A stretch of 64,000 nucleotides of DNA from an uncultured Collinsella sp. GTDB lineage: Bacteria > Actinomycetota > Coriobacteriia > Coriobacteriales > Coriobacteriaceae. This document shows, one piece after another, positions 28,630 to 37,670 of the stretch (its first letter is position 1; every line of letters starts with the position of its first letter). The stretch is taken from assembly GCA_958427975.1 (NCBI GenBank), contig CAUAEH010000002.1, positions 16,724 to 80,723 of the forward strand. Reading direction: 5' to 3'. Both the position numbers and the translations under genes were made by a program. The notes beneath the pieces were generated by a model. It had not been told where the DNA came from and ran no database searches. It worked only from the letters and a program-made list of their open reading frames with translations.

Positions 28630-29292
28630 ATGGGTCGTAATAAATATCCCGAGGAGACGGTCGCGAAGATTCTCGACGTGGCACTGGAGCTATTCTGTGT
28701 ACGGGGTTATGAGGGGACGAGCATTCAAGACATTGTCGACCGCCTCGATGGCATGACCAAGGGTGCTGTCTATCATCACTTCAAGAGCAAAGAAGAGATT
28801 TTCAACGCCGCATTTGATCGGGCAATGGCTCCGATTGTTGAGCACCGTCGCTCAATGCTTGGTATCGGCAATATAACCGGAGCCCAAAAGCTCAAGCGAC
28901 TGTACGCGCCCGAGTCTGTCGTTCCACAAATTGATCTATGGGCACGCATGCATCCTGCGGCAGATCCGGTAAAAAGCTCGCGTCTACTGGCGATGCAGTA
29001 CCAGGGCTCGTTTGACGAGTCGGCCGATGGCTGTCTCTTGCCAGTGATCGAGGAGGGCATCGCCGACGGCTCCATTGCGTGCGAATGCCCGCGCGAAGCG
29101 GCGGAGGCCGTATCGTTGTTGGCGAATCTTTGGCTGCTGCCATTGTTCCGTCCGCTTGAATCCAAGGACCGAATGCTCGCTCGCGCGCAATGCTTGGCGC
29201 AGATGGCGGCCGCGGTGGGGCTTGATTTGGGTAATGAAGTGCTCCAGACAACGGCCCAGATTTGGGACGTATGGAACCGTGCCGGGTGGTAA
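28630..29292 (+). CDS. TetR/AcrR-family regulator
   Basis: GYEGTSIQDIV...TKGAVYHHFKSKEEI. Confidence 0.9.
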   Translation: MGRNKYPEETVAKILDVALELFCVRGYEGTSIQDIVDRLDGMTKGAVYHHFKSKEEIFNAAFDRAMAPIVEHRRSMLGIGNITGAQKLKRLYAPESVVPQIDLWARMHPAADPVKSSRLLAMQYQGSFDESADGCLLPVIEEGIADGSIACECPREAAEAVSLLANLWLLPLFRPLESKDRMLARAQCLAQMAAAVGLDLGNEVLQTTAQIWDVWNRAGW

Positions 29293-29294
29293 TA

Positions 29295-29381
29295 TAGATA
29301 CCAACGGTATGTAATTGATTTGTGAGGGTAGCCACGGCTGCCCTTTTCAAGTCATTAAATACATACTATCGGTATGTATTT
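29295..29381. promoter_or_regulatory. Two palindromic operators, probably for the adjacent TetR
   Basis: TAGATACCAACGGTATGTA (29295-29313) and AAATACATAC-TATCG-GTATGTATTT (29357-29381). Confidence 0.75.
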
Positions 29382-29393
29382 GGGGGCAGGCTT

Positions 29394-30656
29394 ATGACTG
29401 GGATGCGAAGAATTAGCGTTTCGTTGGCGCCAAAAACAGCGCGATCTATCAGACTATTTGGCCTTCTTGTTGCACAGCTGTGTGCGTATTCAATGTTGTC
29501 AGCACTGTGCTTTGCGTGTCCGCTCTACTTGTTCGATTGCAGCGGCTCGTCAACGTTATATGGCACCGTCGCGGCGATAGCGTTCATACCAGGCGTGCTC
29601 GCGACTCCGGTTGGCGGGATCTTGGCGGATCGGGGAAGACATCGCGGGGTTCTTGTGGTACTCGGCATTGTTCTGATGGCTACATCACTGCTGTTTATCC
29701 CCGTGAAGCGTTCGTCGCCTCTTGCGGTTGTCGTGGCAGCAATGCTTTGCGTCCAATATGGCATCCAATCGCTGCTGAAACCGATGCTTCAAATTGAGAC
29801 GGTGCGCATGACGGGCCAAGAAAAGGTTGAGCGTGCCACTGCGTTGGTCTCGCAGATAACCATGATGAGTAATATCTTGGGGCCTGTAGTCGGGACGGCA
29901 GTCTATGGGTGCTTTGGTATCGATACTCTATGCGAAACCGCGGCGTTGACGTTTGCGATGTCAGCCCTGCTGTTCGGGGACGCTCTCAAGCGAAATACCC
30001 CTTCTGGAAGGATGGGGGACAGCACGACTCGCGCGAAATGCCGAAACGATTTTCTGGAAGCGATACGTTACCTGTTTCAAAACGCATCATTGCTCGTTGT
30101 AATTATGATTGCGGCCGTACTGAACCTTGAGTTAGTTGGGCTAACGATTGGCGCTCCCGTTATTGTTGCAAAGCATCTCGGAATGCAGTCATCCTTTGTT
30201 GGGATTATTGAGGTGGCTATGGGCTTAGGTGGTCTTGTCGGCAGTGGTTTGGTCGGTATTTGGCCGCATCGTTTTTCCTTCAAGGGCATATGTCGATATG
30301 TTGCGATGATCTGTTTTGGAGTCGTACCGATTATTGTCACGCTACTGAGCGGTCCTGATGAATTAGCGTTTGCCGCGCTTGCGGCCGGCTCGGCATGGGT
30401 CATGGCGTGGGCAGGCATTACATCGGTCGAAATCGTTTCATTTGTTCAGCGGTCAGCACCAAAGGAACTCTGCGGAAAAGTGCTGGCACTCGTTTATATG
30501 ACGCTTTCCTGTGCAACGCCTATTGGCCAATTGGTTTACGGGCTCGCGTATGATCGATGGACACCGGCGATTGTATTCGCAGGCATGTTGGCGGTGCTGA
30601 CGTTGACGACGGCGCTGTTTTATCGGCTGAAAAGTCGCTTGTGGCGATTGTCTTAA
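29394..30656 (+). CDS. MFS transporter (DHA3/MefA-like)
   Basis: GGILADRG motif A, about 12 hydrophobic segments, ELCGKV; more AT-rich codons. Confidence 0.85.
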   Translation: MTGMRRISVSLAPKTARSIRLFGLLVAQLCAYSMLSALCFACPLYLFDCSGSSTLYGTVAAIAFIPGVLATPVGGILADRGRHRGVLVVLGIVLMATSLLFIPVKRSSPLAVVVAAMLCVQYGIQSLLKPMLQIETVRMTGQEKVERATALVSQITMMSNILGPVVGTAVYGCFGIDTLCETAALTFAMSALLFGDALKRNTPSGRMGDSTTRAKCRNDFLEAIRYLFQNASLLVVIMIAAVLNLELVGLTIGAPVIVAKHLGMQSSFVGIIEVAMGLGGLVGSGLVGIWPHRFSFKGICRYVAMICFGVVPIIVTLLSGPDELAFAALAAGSAWVMAWAGITSVEIVSFVQRSAPKELCGKVLALVYMTLSCATPIGQLVYGLAYDRWTPAIVFAGMLAVLTLTTALFYRLKSRLWRLS

Positions 30657-30771
30657 CGCGCTGAGGCACCGTGAATTTGTGGAGGCAGCGGCACGCCGCG
30701 CCGGGACGGCATTGTTTAGGCATGTCTCTCCTTCGTTTACAATATCGTGCAGACGAAGGAGAGGCGTGCCC

Positions 30772-31629
30772 ATGATCAAGATGTTTGCGAGTGACTTAGA
30801 CGGAACGCTGCTGAACGCCCTACACGAGGCGGATGGGACCATCCGCCGTGCCATTCGCGAGCTGACCGAGGCTGGCTTGCATGTGGTTCCCGCGACCGGA
30901 CGCTCGACGCTGCCGATTGGCGAGCATGGTTTTACGGGCCTGGCGCTTGACGCCTGCTGCTCCAATGGGTCCATCGTGCGCGACAACCATGGCGAGGTGC
31001 TCAAGACCTGGACCATCGACCCACAGGTCACCGAGGAGCTGCTCAAGGCGTTCCCGGACATTTGCTTTGATTGCTCCACGCCCGATGGCATGTTCTCGAG
31101 CGGATCGTTCGAGATGCACCAGGCGGGCTTTAAAAAGGACAGCCCCATCAAGCGTATTGTGATGCGCGGCATGCGTGCGCGTGGCGGGTATCACGAGGAG
31201 CAGTATTTCGATCAGTCGATCGGCGATATCTTGCGTCACGATGTGTGCAAGATCAACTGCCGCGTGACCTCGCCCGAGCTGGAGCGCGACCTTAAGGCAT
31301 ATCTTGCCGAGCGCTCGGATCGCGTGGTCAACGCGCCGTTCGATCCGGTGATGTTCGAGATCACGGACGTGGCGTGCAACAAGGGCGAGAGTGTGGCCTG
31401 GCTGGCGGGCTACTACGGCATTGCCGAGGACGAGGTCGCGGTTTACGGCGACGGCGGCAACGACATCGCCATGCTCAAGCGTTTCCGCCACAGCTACGCG
31501 ACCAAAAACGCAAGCGATGCAGCCAAGGCCGCCGCGAACGCGACCATCGGCAGCTGCATAGTCCACGCCGTCCCCAAACACATGCTCGCCACCATGCACA
31601 AGCAGAACTCCCACACCGTCGTCGAATAA
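30772..31629 (+). CDS. Cof-type HAD hydrolase
   Basis: DLDGTLL, ATGR, KG, GDGGNDIAML. Confidence 0.92.
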   Translation: MIKMFASDLDGTLLNALHEADGTIRRAIRELTEAGLHVVPATGRSTLPIGEHGFTGLALDACCSNGSIVRDNHGEVLKTWTIDPQVTEELLKAFPDICFDCSTPDGMFSSGSFEMHQAGFKKDSPIKRIVMRGMRARGGYHEEQYFDQSIGDILRHDVCKINCRVTSPELERDLKAYLAERSDRVVNAPFDPVMFEITDVACNKGESVAWLAGYYGIAEDEVAVYGDGGNDIAMLKRFRHSYATKNASDAAKAAANATIGSCIVHAVPKHMLATMHKQNSHTVVE

Positions 31630-31680
31630 TGTGACAAAGGGACTGCCCCTTCGTCACATCCAAAATATTGCCTTTACGTG

Positions 31681-31737
31681 TTGATGCACACGGTGTGCAA
31701 TAATACTCGCACTGTGCAATAGCGCACAGGCTGAGTA
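31681..31737 (+). promoter_or_regulatory. Putative promoter/operator palindromes upstream of TetR
   Basis: TGCACAC-G-GTGTGCA (31685-31699) and TACTCGCACTGTGC...GCACAGGCTGAGTA. Confidence 0.5.
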
Positions 31738-31750
31738 ACAAGGAGGACGC

Positions 31751-32461
31751 TTGTCCCAGCTCGAGAAATGCGATCGCCGGTCCCTTCGCTCACAGCGTGC
31801 CCTTCGCCAGGCACTTGCCAGCGAGCTTGCCGAAAGCGGCGACCTTTCGCGCATTAATGTCGCGTCGCTCACCGAGCGCGCTGGCCTTACGCGCCGCACG
31901 TTCTATTCGCACTACCGCGATATTCCCGACTTTATCAATCAAATCGAGGACGGCTTGCTGGCCGAGATCCATGAGCGCATTGAGCTCATCACTGCAGCTC
32001 AGCTGCCTGATCTCTATCACAATATCGATGAGCTCGAGCCGGCGCCCGGTTCGGTTGAGCTGCTGCGTTATCTTGCGGCCAACCGCGACTTAATCGGTGC
32101 GCTGTTGGGTCCGGGCGGCGACCAGGCCTTCATTAAAAGGATCATCGACACCGCTCGTGAGGCTGTGGTGCCGCGTGCGCAGACGGGCATTTTGGGCCTG
32201 GCGCTGGGCACGTTCTTTGACTACTACGTCACCTACGTCGTGAGTGCCGAGGTCGGCATGATTCAGCGCTGGTTTGAGCGTGGGCTCACCGAATCGCCCG
32301 AGGCCATGGCGCGCATTATGACGGTGCTCGCTTTTGTGCGCCCTGGTGACCTGTATGGCCAACCCATCGATATCAACGTGCCGGAATACGGCATGAAGCT
32401 ATTGAACTTGCAGCTCGAGGATGCGGCTGACACCGCCGCAACCGTCGGGTCCAACAACTAA
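31751..32461 (+). CDS. TetR/AcrR-family regulator
   Basis: INVASLTERAGLTRRTFYSHYRD; TTG start after AAGGAGG. Confidence 0.9.
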   Translation: MSQLEKCDRRSLRSQRALRQALASELAESGDLSRINVASLTERAGLTRRTFYSHYRDIPDFINQIEDGLLAEIHERIELITAAQLPDLYHNIDELEPAPGSVELLRYLAANRDLIGALLGPGGDQAFIKRIIDTAREAVVPRAQTGILGLALGTFFDYYVTYVVSAEVGMIQRWFERGLTESPEAMARIMTVLAFVRPGDLYGQPIDINVPEYGMKLLNLQLEDAADTAATVGSNN

Positions 32462-32472
32462 GAGGAGAGACA

Positions 32473-35400
32473 ATGAGCAAACTCGTCGAGGGCATTAAGG
32501 ACCGTATGGTCGCTGCCGCGCGTGAGGCTGCACCCGCCGTGGTGGATGCCGCGCAGAAGGCCGCGACCGCAGCTGCCGAGAAAGTTGCCGAGGCAGTTGC
32601 CGATGCCAAGAACGCGGCAGGGGAGACGTCCGTCGCTAGCGAGCCCACCGCCGCCGCTGAGCCCGTAGCCGCCGCTCACGCCCCCGAAGGCGCGATCTTC
32701 AACCCCGAGAACGCCCGCGGCAACCTGCACCTGGGCATCGACGTAGGCTCCACCACCGTCAAGCTTGCCGTGCTCAACGACGATAACCAGATTGTCTACG
32801 CCAAGTACCAACGCCACCACACCGACGTCCGCGCTTGCGCTCGCGACTTGTTCGAGGGTGCCGCGACCGTGCTGCCGACGGCCCAAATGACCTGCGCCAT
32901 TACCGGCTCGGGCGGCCTGCTGCTGTCCCAGTGGCTCGACCTGGAGTTTGTCCAGGAGGTCATCGCCAGCAAGCGCGCCGTCGAGACCCTCATCCCTGCC
33001 ACCGATGTCGCCATCGAGCTGGGCGGCGAGGACGCCAAGATCATCTACTTTGACAACGGTATCGAGCAGCGCATGAACGGCACCTGCGCCGGCGGCACGG
33101 GCGCGTTCATCGACCAGATGGCAACCCTGCTGCACACCGACGCGAGCGGCCTCAACGAGCTCGCGGCCAACGCCACCACCATCTATCCCATCGCCAGCCG
33201 CTGCGGCGTTTTTGCCAAGACCGACGTGCAGCCGCTGCTCAACGAGGGCGCCCGCCCCGAGGACGTGGCTGCCTCTATCTTCCAGGCCGTCGTGACCCAG
33301 ACCATCTCGGGCCTGGCATGCGGCCGTCCCATCCGCGGCAACGTCGCCTTCTTGGGCGGCCCGCTGCAGTACCTCTCCGAGCTGCGCCACCGCTTCTACC
33401 TCACGCTCAACCTGGACGAGGAGCACCGCATTGTGCCCCAAAACGCTCACCTGTTTGTGGCGAGCGGCGCCGCCATGGCGCACGAGTCCAACAAGCTCAG
33501 CACGTTCCCGCAGCTCATCGAGGCCATCGATGCCCTGGGTGACACACAAGGTGCCGAGGTCGAGCGTCTGGATCCGCTCTTTGCCAACGACGAGGACTTT
33601 GCCGAGTTCAAGACCCGCCACGACCAGGAAGTCGTCCCCAAGGGCAAGCTCGACGGCTACACCGGCCGCGTGTTCATCGGCATCGACGCCGGCTCCACCA
33701 CCATGAAGGCCGCGCTCGTGGGCGAGGACGGTCAGCTGCTGCACACCTGGTACGGCAACAACAACGGCGACATCCTGGGCACGGCCAAGGTCATCATGGC
33801 CGATTTCTACAACCACATCCCCGCCGGCTGCACTATCGGCCACGTGACCACCACGGGCTACGGCGAGGCGCTGCTCATCGAGGCCCTCAAGGCCGATTCC
33901 GGCGAGATCGAGACCGTTGCGCACCTGCGCGGCGCCAAGGCGTTCCTGCCCGGTGTCGAGTTCATTCTGGACATTGGCGGCCAGGACATGAAGTGCCTGC
34001 GCGTCAAGGACGGCGTCATCGAGCACATCATGCTCAACGAGGCTTGCTCGTCGGGCTGCGGCAGCTTTATCGAGAGCTTCGCCGTGTCTATGAACATGGA
34101 CGTGCGTGCGTTCGCCGATGCCGCCATCCATGCTAAGGCTCCCGTCGACCTGGGCAGCCGCTGCACGGTCTTTATGAACTCGCGCGTCAAGCAGGCGCAA
34201 AAGGAAGGCGCCACGGTGGGCGACATCGCGGCCGGCCTGTCCTATTCCGTCATCAAGAACGCCCTGTTCAAGGTTATTAAGCTGCGCGACCCCAAAGAAA
34301 TCGGCAGCCAGGTGATCGTCCAGGGCGGCACCTTTATGTCCGATGCCACGCTGCGCGCGTTTGAGCAGCTCACCGGCGTGCATGCCGTGCGCCCTGACAT
34401 CGCCGGCTGCATGGGCGCCTACGGTGCGGCCCTGCTCGCCCGCGATCGCGCCGGCGCCGACGGCACTTCGACCATTCTTTCTGCCGAGGACATCGCGCAC
34501 CTCACCGTGACGCAAAAGCATGTCCGCTGCGGCCGTTGCTCCAACAACTGCCAGCTTACCGTCAACGACTTTGGCGGCGGTAGGCGCTTCATTACCGGCA
34601 ACCGCTGCGAGAAGGGTGCCGGCCACAAAAAGCAGAAGACCGAGGCCCCCAACCTCTTCAAAAAGAAAAACGAGCTGCTCTTTAACCGCGAGGTGCTGAG
34701 CCCCGACGAGGCCCCGCGCGGCACCGTCGGCATTCCGCGCGCGCTCAACATGTACGAGAACTACCCCTTCTGGCACGCGTTCTTTACGCGCCTGGGCTTT
34801 AGCGTACAGCTGTCCGACCAGTCGAGCAAGAAGACCTACCAGGCAGGCATCGAGTCCATGCCGTCCGAGAGCGTGTGCTATCCGGCCAAGATGAGCCACG
34901 GCCACGTGATGAACCTCATCGACCGTGACGTCGACTTTATCTGGATGCCGTGCGTGCGCTGGGAGCGCAAGGAGGATCCGACGGCTGGCAACTGCTATAA
35001 CTGCCCCATCGTCATGAGCTACCCCACGGCGCTGGCGCTCAACATCGACGAGATTCGCGAGCAGAACATCGAGTTCCTGTATCCGTTTGTGCCCTATCAC
35101 GACAAGACCGAGCTCAAGCGCCGTCTGTACCAGGTGCTCGCCGTCGACCGCGTGGCCGATGCTGAGGCCGGTCGCGGTCGCGTGCGCGGTCCTAAAATCA
35201 CGCGCTCCGAGGTCGATGCCGCCGTCAACGCTGCCTTTGAGGCCGATGCGCGCTTCCACGAGGACATCCAGACCATGGGCGAGGAGGCTCTTAAGTGGGT
35301 CGAGGACCACGGCGGCCACGGCATTGTGCTCGCCGGCCGTCCTTACCACAATGACCCCGAGATCAACCACGCCCTGCCTGAGCTTATCTCGAGCTTTGGC

Positions 35401-37254
35401 TTTGCGGTCTTTACCGAGGACTCGCTTGCGCATCTGGTGAAGCCCGAGCGCCCCATCCGCGTCGTCGACCAGTGGATGTACCACAGCCGCCTGTACGCCG
35501 TCGCCCGCTTTGTGACGATGCGCAACGACCTGGACCTGATCCAGCTCAACTCTTTCGGCTGCGGCCTGGACGCTCTGACCACCGACCAGGTGCAGGAGAT
35601 TCTGGAGGCCAGCGGCAAGATCTACACCGTGCTCAAGATCGACGAGGTGTCCAACCTGGGCGCCGCGCGCATCCGCATCCGCTCGCTCATGGCAGCGCTC
35701 AAGGACCAGGAGGCCGAGCGCTTGGCCGAGGCCACGGCCGCGGGCGAGGCCTACGAGCAGGGCGATGCCGCGCCGGTGGCGCCCTCCAAGGATGCCCCCG
35801 CGTTCGCGAGCCGCAAGTACACGTTCGAGGCGCAGCGTGAGAGCGCCTCGACCGCGTGGCCCAAGGTACCCTTCACCGAGCAGATGCGCGACGAGGGCTA
35901 CACCATCCTGTGCCCGCAGATGGCGCCGATCCACTTTGACCTGGTCAAAGAGGTGTTCCGCGGTGCCGGCTACAACTTGGAGCTGCTGCCCTCGACCGAC
36001 CATGACGCCGTCGAGGCGGGCCTGCGCTACGTGAACAATGACATCTGCTATCCGTCGATTCTGGTGACGGGCCAGATCATGGAGGCCATCGAGAGCGGTC
36101 GGTACGACCTGTCCAAGACGGCCGTGGTTATCAGCCAGACCGGCGGCGGCTGCCGCGCCACCAACTACATCGCGCTCATCCGCAAGGCCCTGCGCGAGAG
36201 CGGCCATCCCGAGATCCCGGTGATCTCGCTTTCGGCCGTGGCGCTCGGCGAGGACAACCCCGGTTTTAAGATTACGCCGGCGCTGCTTAAGCAGGCAGTC
36301 TACGCGGTACTCTTTGGCGACGTGATGATGCAGATGCTCTATCGCTGCCGCCCGTACGAGGCCACGCCCGGTGCCGCCAACGCACTCTACGAGGAGTACA
36401 TGGCGCGCGCCCGCAAGCTGGCGCCTAAGTTCAACCGCCACAACTACACCAAGCTTGCGCGTGAGACCATCCGCGCGTTCGATACCATGCCGCTCGTGGG
36501 CGAGGGCACCAAGCCGCGCGTGGGCGTGGTCGGTGAGATCTTGGTCAAGTTCCATCCGACGGCCAACAACCACGTGGTCGATGTCATCGAGCGCGAGGGC
36601 TGCGAGGCCGTGGTGCCGGGCCTGCTCGACTTCTTCCTGTACTCCATGAGCAACGCCGAGCTGCAGAAGGACGAGCTGGGAAGCTCTGCCACTACGCGTG
36701 CGGGCATGCAGGCGCTCATCAAGCTGGTGGACTGGATGCGCACGCCGGTGGAGGAGATGCTCGAGAAGTCCCGCCGCTTTGAGGCGCCCGAGCGCATCGG
36801 CACCATGGCTGATAAGGCCCGCACGGTGCTGTCGGTGTGCAACAACATGGGCGAGGGCTGGCTGCTCACGGCCGAGATGCTCGATCTGATTGACCATGGC
36901 GCACCAAACATCATCTGCACGCAGCCCTTCGCGTGCCTGCCCAACCACGTGGTGGGCAAGGCCGTGATCAAGGAGCTGCGCCGCCAGCACCCCGAGAGCA
37001 ATATCGTCGCGGTGGACTACGACCCCGGCGCGTCCGAGGTCAACCAGCTCAACCGCATTAAGCTCATGATCAGCGTGGCCAAGGAAAACATGCGCGCCGG
37101 CAAGGGCTTTAAGCTCGAGAAGGTGGCGCCGCTCGCGATGGACGAGGTCACCGGCCAGATGCGTGTCCACGACGGCTGCGTGAGCTGTGGACCGGCCAGT
37201 GAGGAGGCCGTTGCATCGGTCGCCAAGCGTCTGGGGCGCGGTATTAAGAAGTAG
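32473..37254 (+). CDS. Large CoA-substrate-specific enzyme activase / 2-hydroxyacyl-CoA dehydratase-like fusion
   Basis: Two ASKHA/HgdC domains (GIDVGSTT, ELGGED, CAGGTG; GIDAGSTT, DIGGQD, CSSGCG) followed by dehydratase-like domains (CYPAK, SFGCG, CYP, PFACLPNH). Confidence 0.88.
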   Translation: MSKLVEGIKDRMVAAAREAAPAVVDAAQKAATAAAEKVAEAVADAKNAAGETSVASEPTAAAEPVAAAHAPEGAIFNPENARGNLHLGIDVGSTTVKLAVLNDDNQIVYAKYQRHHTDVRACARDLFEGAATVLPTAQMTCAITGSGGLLLSQWLDLEFVQEVIASKRAVETLIPATDVAIELGGEDAKIIYFDNGIEQRMNGTCAGGTGAFIDQMATLLHTDASGLNELAANATTIYPIASRCGVFAKTDVQPLLNEGARPEDVAASIFQAVVTQTISGLACGRPIRGNVAFLGGPLQYLSELRHRFYLTLNLDEEHRIVPQNAHLFVASGAAMAHESNKLSTFPQLIEAIDALGDTQGAEVERLDPLFANDEDFAEFKTRHDQEVVPKGKLDGYTGRVFIGIDAGSTTMKAALVGEDGQLLHTWYGNNNGDILGTAKVIMADFYNHIPAGCTIGHVTTTGYGEALLIEALKADSGEIETVAHLRGAKAFLPGVEFILDIGGQDMKCLRVKDGVIEHIMLNEACSSGCGSFIESFAVSMNMDVRAFADAAIHAKAPVDLGSRCTVFMNSRVKQAQKEGATVGDIAAGLSYSVIKNALFKVIKLRDPKEIGSQVIVQGGTFMSDATLRAFEQLTGVHAVRPDIAGCMGAYGAALLARDRAGADGTSTILSAEDIAHLTVTQKHVRCGRCSNNCQLTVNDFGGGRRFITGNRCEKGAGHKKQKTEAPNLFKKKNELLFNREVLSPDEAPRGTVGIPRALNMYENYPFWHAFFTRLGFSVQLSDQSSKKTYQAGIESMPSESVCYPAKMSHGHVMNLIDRDVDFIWMPCVRWERKEDPTAGNCYNCPIVMSYPTALALNIDEIREQNIEFLYPFVPYHDKTELKRRLYQVLAVDRVADAEAGRGRVRGPKITRSEVDAAVNAAFEADARFHEDIQTMGEEALKWVEDHGGHGIVLAGRPYHNDPEINHALPELISSFGFAVFTEDSLAHLVKPERPIRVVDQWMYHSRLYAVARFVTMRNDLDLIQLNSFGCGLDALTTDQVQEILEASGKIYTVLKIDEVSNLGAARIRIRSLMAALKDQEAERLAEATAAGEAYEQGDAAPVAPSKDAPAFASRKYTFEAQRESASTAWPKVPFTEQMRDEGYTILCPQMAPIHFDLVKEVFRGAGYNLELLPSTDHDAVEAGLRYVNNDICYPSILVTGQIMEAIESGRYDLSKTAVVISQTGGGCRATNYIALIRKALRESGHPEIPVISLSAVALGEDNPGFKITPALLKQAVYAVLFGDVMMQMLYRCRPYEATPGAANALYEEYMARARKLAPKFNRHNYTKLARETIRAFDTMPLVGEGTKPRVGVVGEILVKFHPTANNHVVDVIEREGCEAVVPGLLDFFLYSMSNAELQKDELGSSATTRAGMQALIKLVDWMRTPVEEMLEKSRRFEAPERIGTMADKARTVLSVCNNMGEGWLLTAEMLDLIDHGAPNIICTQPFACLPNHVVGKAVIKELRRQHPESNIVAVDYDPGASEVNQLNRIKLMISVAKENMRAGKGFKLEKVAPLAMDEVTGQMRVHDGCVSCGPASEEAVASVAKRLGRGIKK

Positions 37255-37282
37255 TTGGCCTACTTCGAGCCGGATATAAGAC

Positions 37283-37319
37283 AAACGGGTGGTAGTCGTA
37301 CCGGCTACCACCCGTTTTT
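37283..37319 (+). terminator. Intrinsic terminator
   Basis: AAACGGGTGGTAGTCG...CGGCTACCACCCGTTTTT. Confidence 0.8.
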
Positions 37320-37374
37320 GCTGGACATATGTTGCGTAAACGCCCCAACTATCACCCTTTGCGAACTTAGATTT

Positions 37375-37499
37375 CGGAAGTATGCGGCAAAATCTGAATA
37401 GGCCGAGCATACCGGATATGTACAAGCCCTGTACCTGCGGTTTTATTGGCGGAAAACCGGGGTGTGCTCAAGGGTTCCGGAATTTGCCGCATACTTCCG
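37375..37499. repeat. 125-bp element with 17-bp terminal IRs and conserved central core
   Basis: CGGAAGTATGCGGCAAA / TTTGCCGCATACTTCCG; core 37422-37447. Confidence 0.8.
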
Positions 37500-37670
37500 C
37501 AAACGACGTCTCGGTGACACAAAAAATCGCCCTCGGAACCCTGAGATAATGAACATATGTAGCCGTTTGCCGCAAATTACCGTCCGTTTATAGAACCCAT
37601 GCCCGACGTGCAGCCCTCTTACGGTTGAATAAATACACATCTATGGAATTACGTAAGAGAGGACCGTTCC

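Noticed and set aside
32458..37425. 1655-aa antisense ORF opposite the activase gene (likewise 7838-9418, 10230-11669, 12068-13483, 62035-63690)
   Set aside because: Shadow frames expected from high-GC codon bias; no recognisable motifs, and the opposite strand encodes clear proteins
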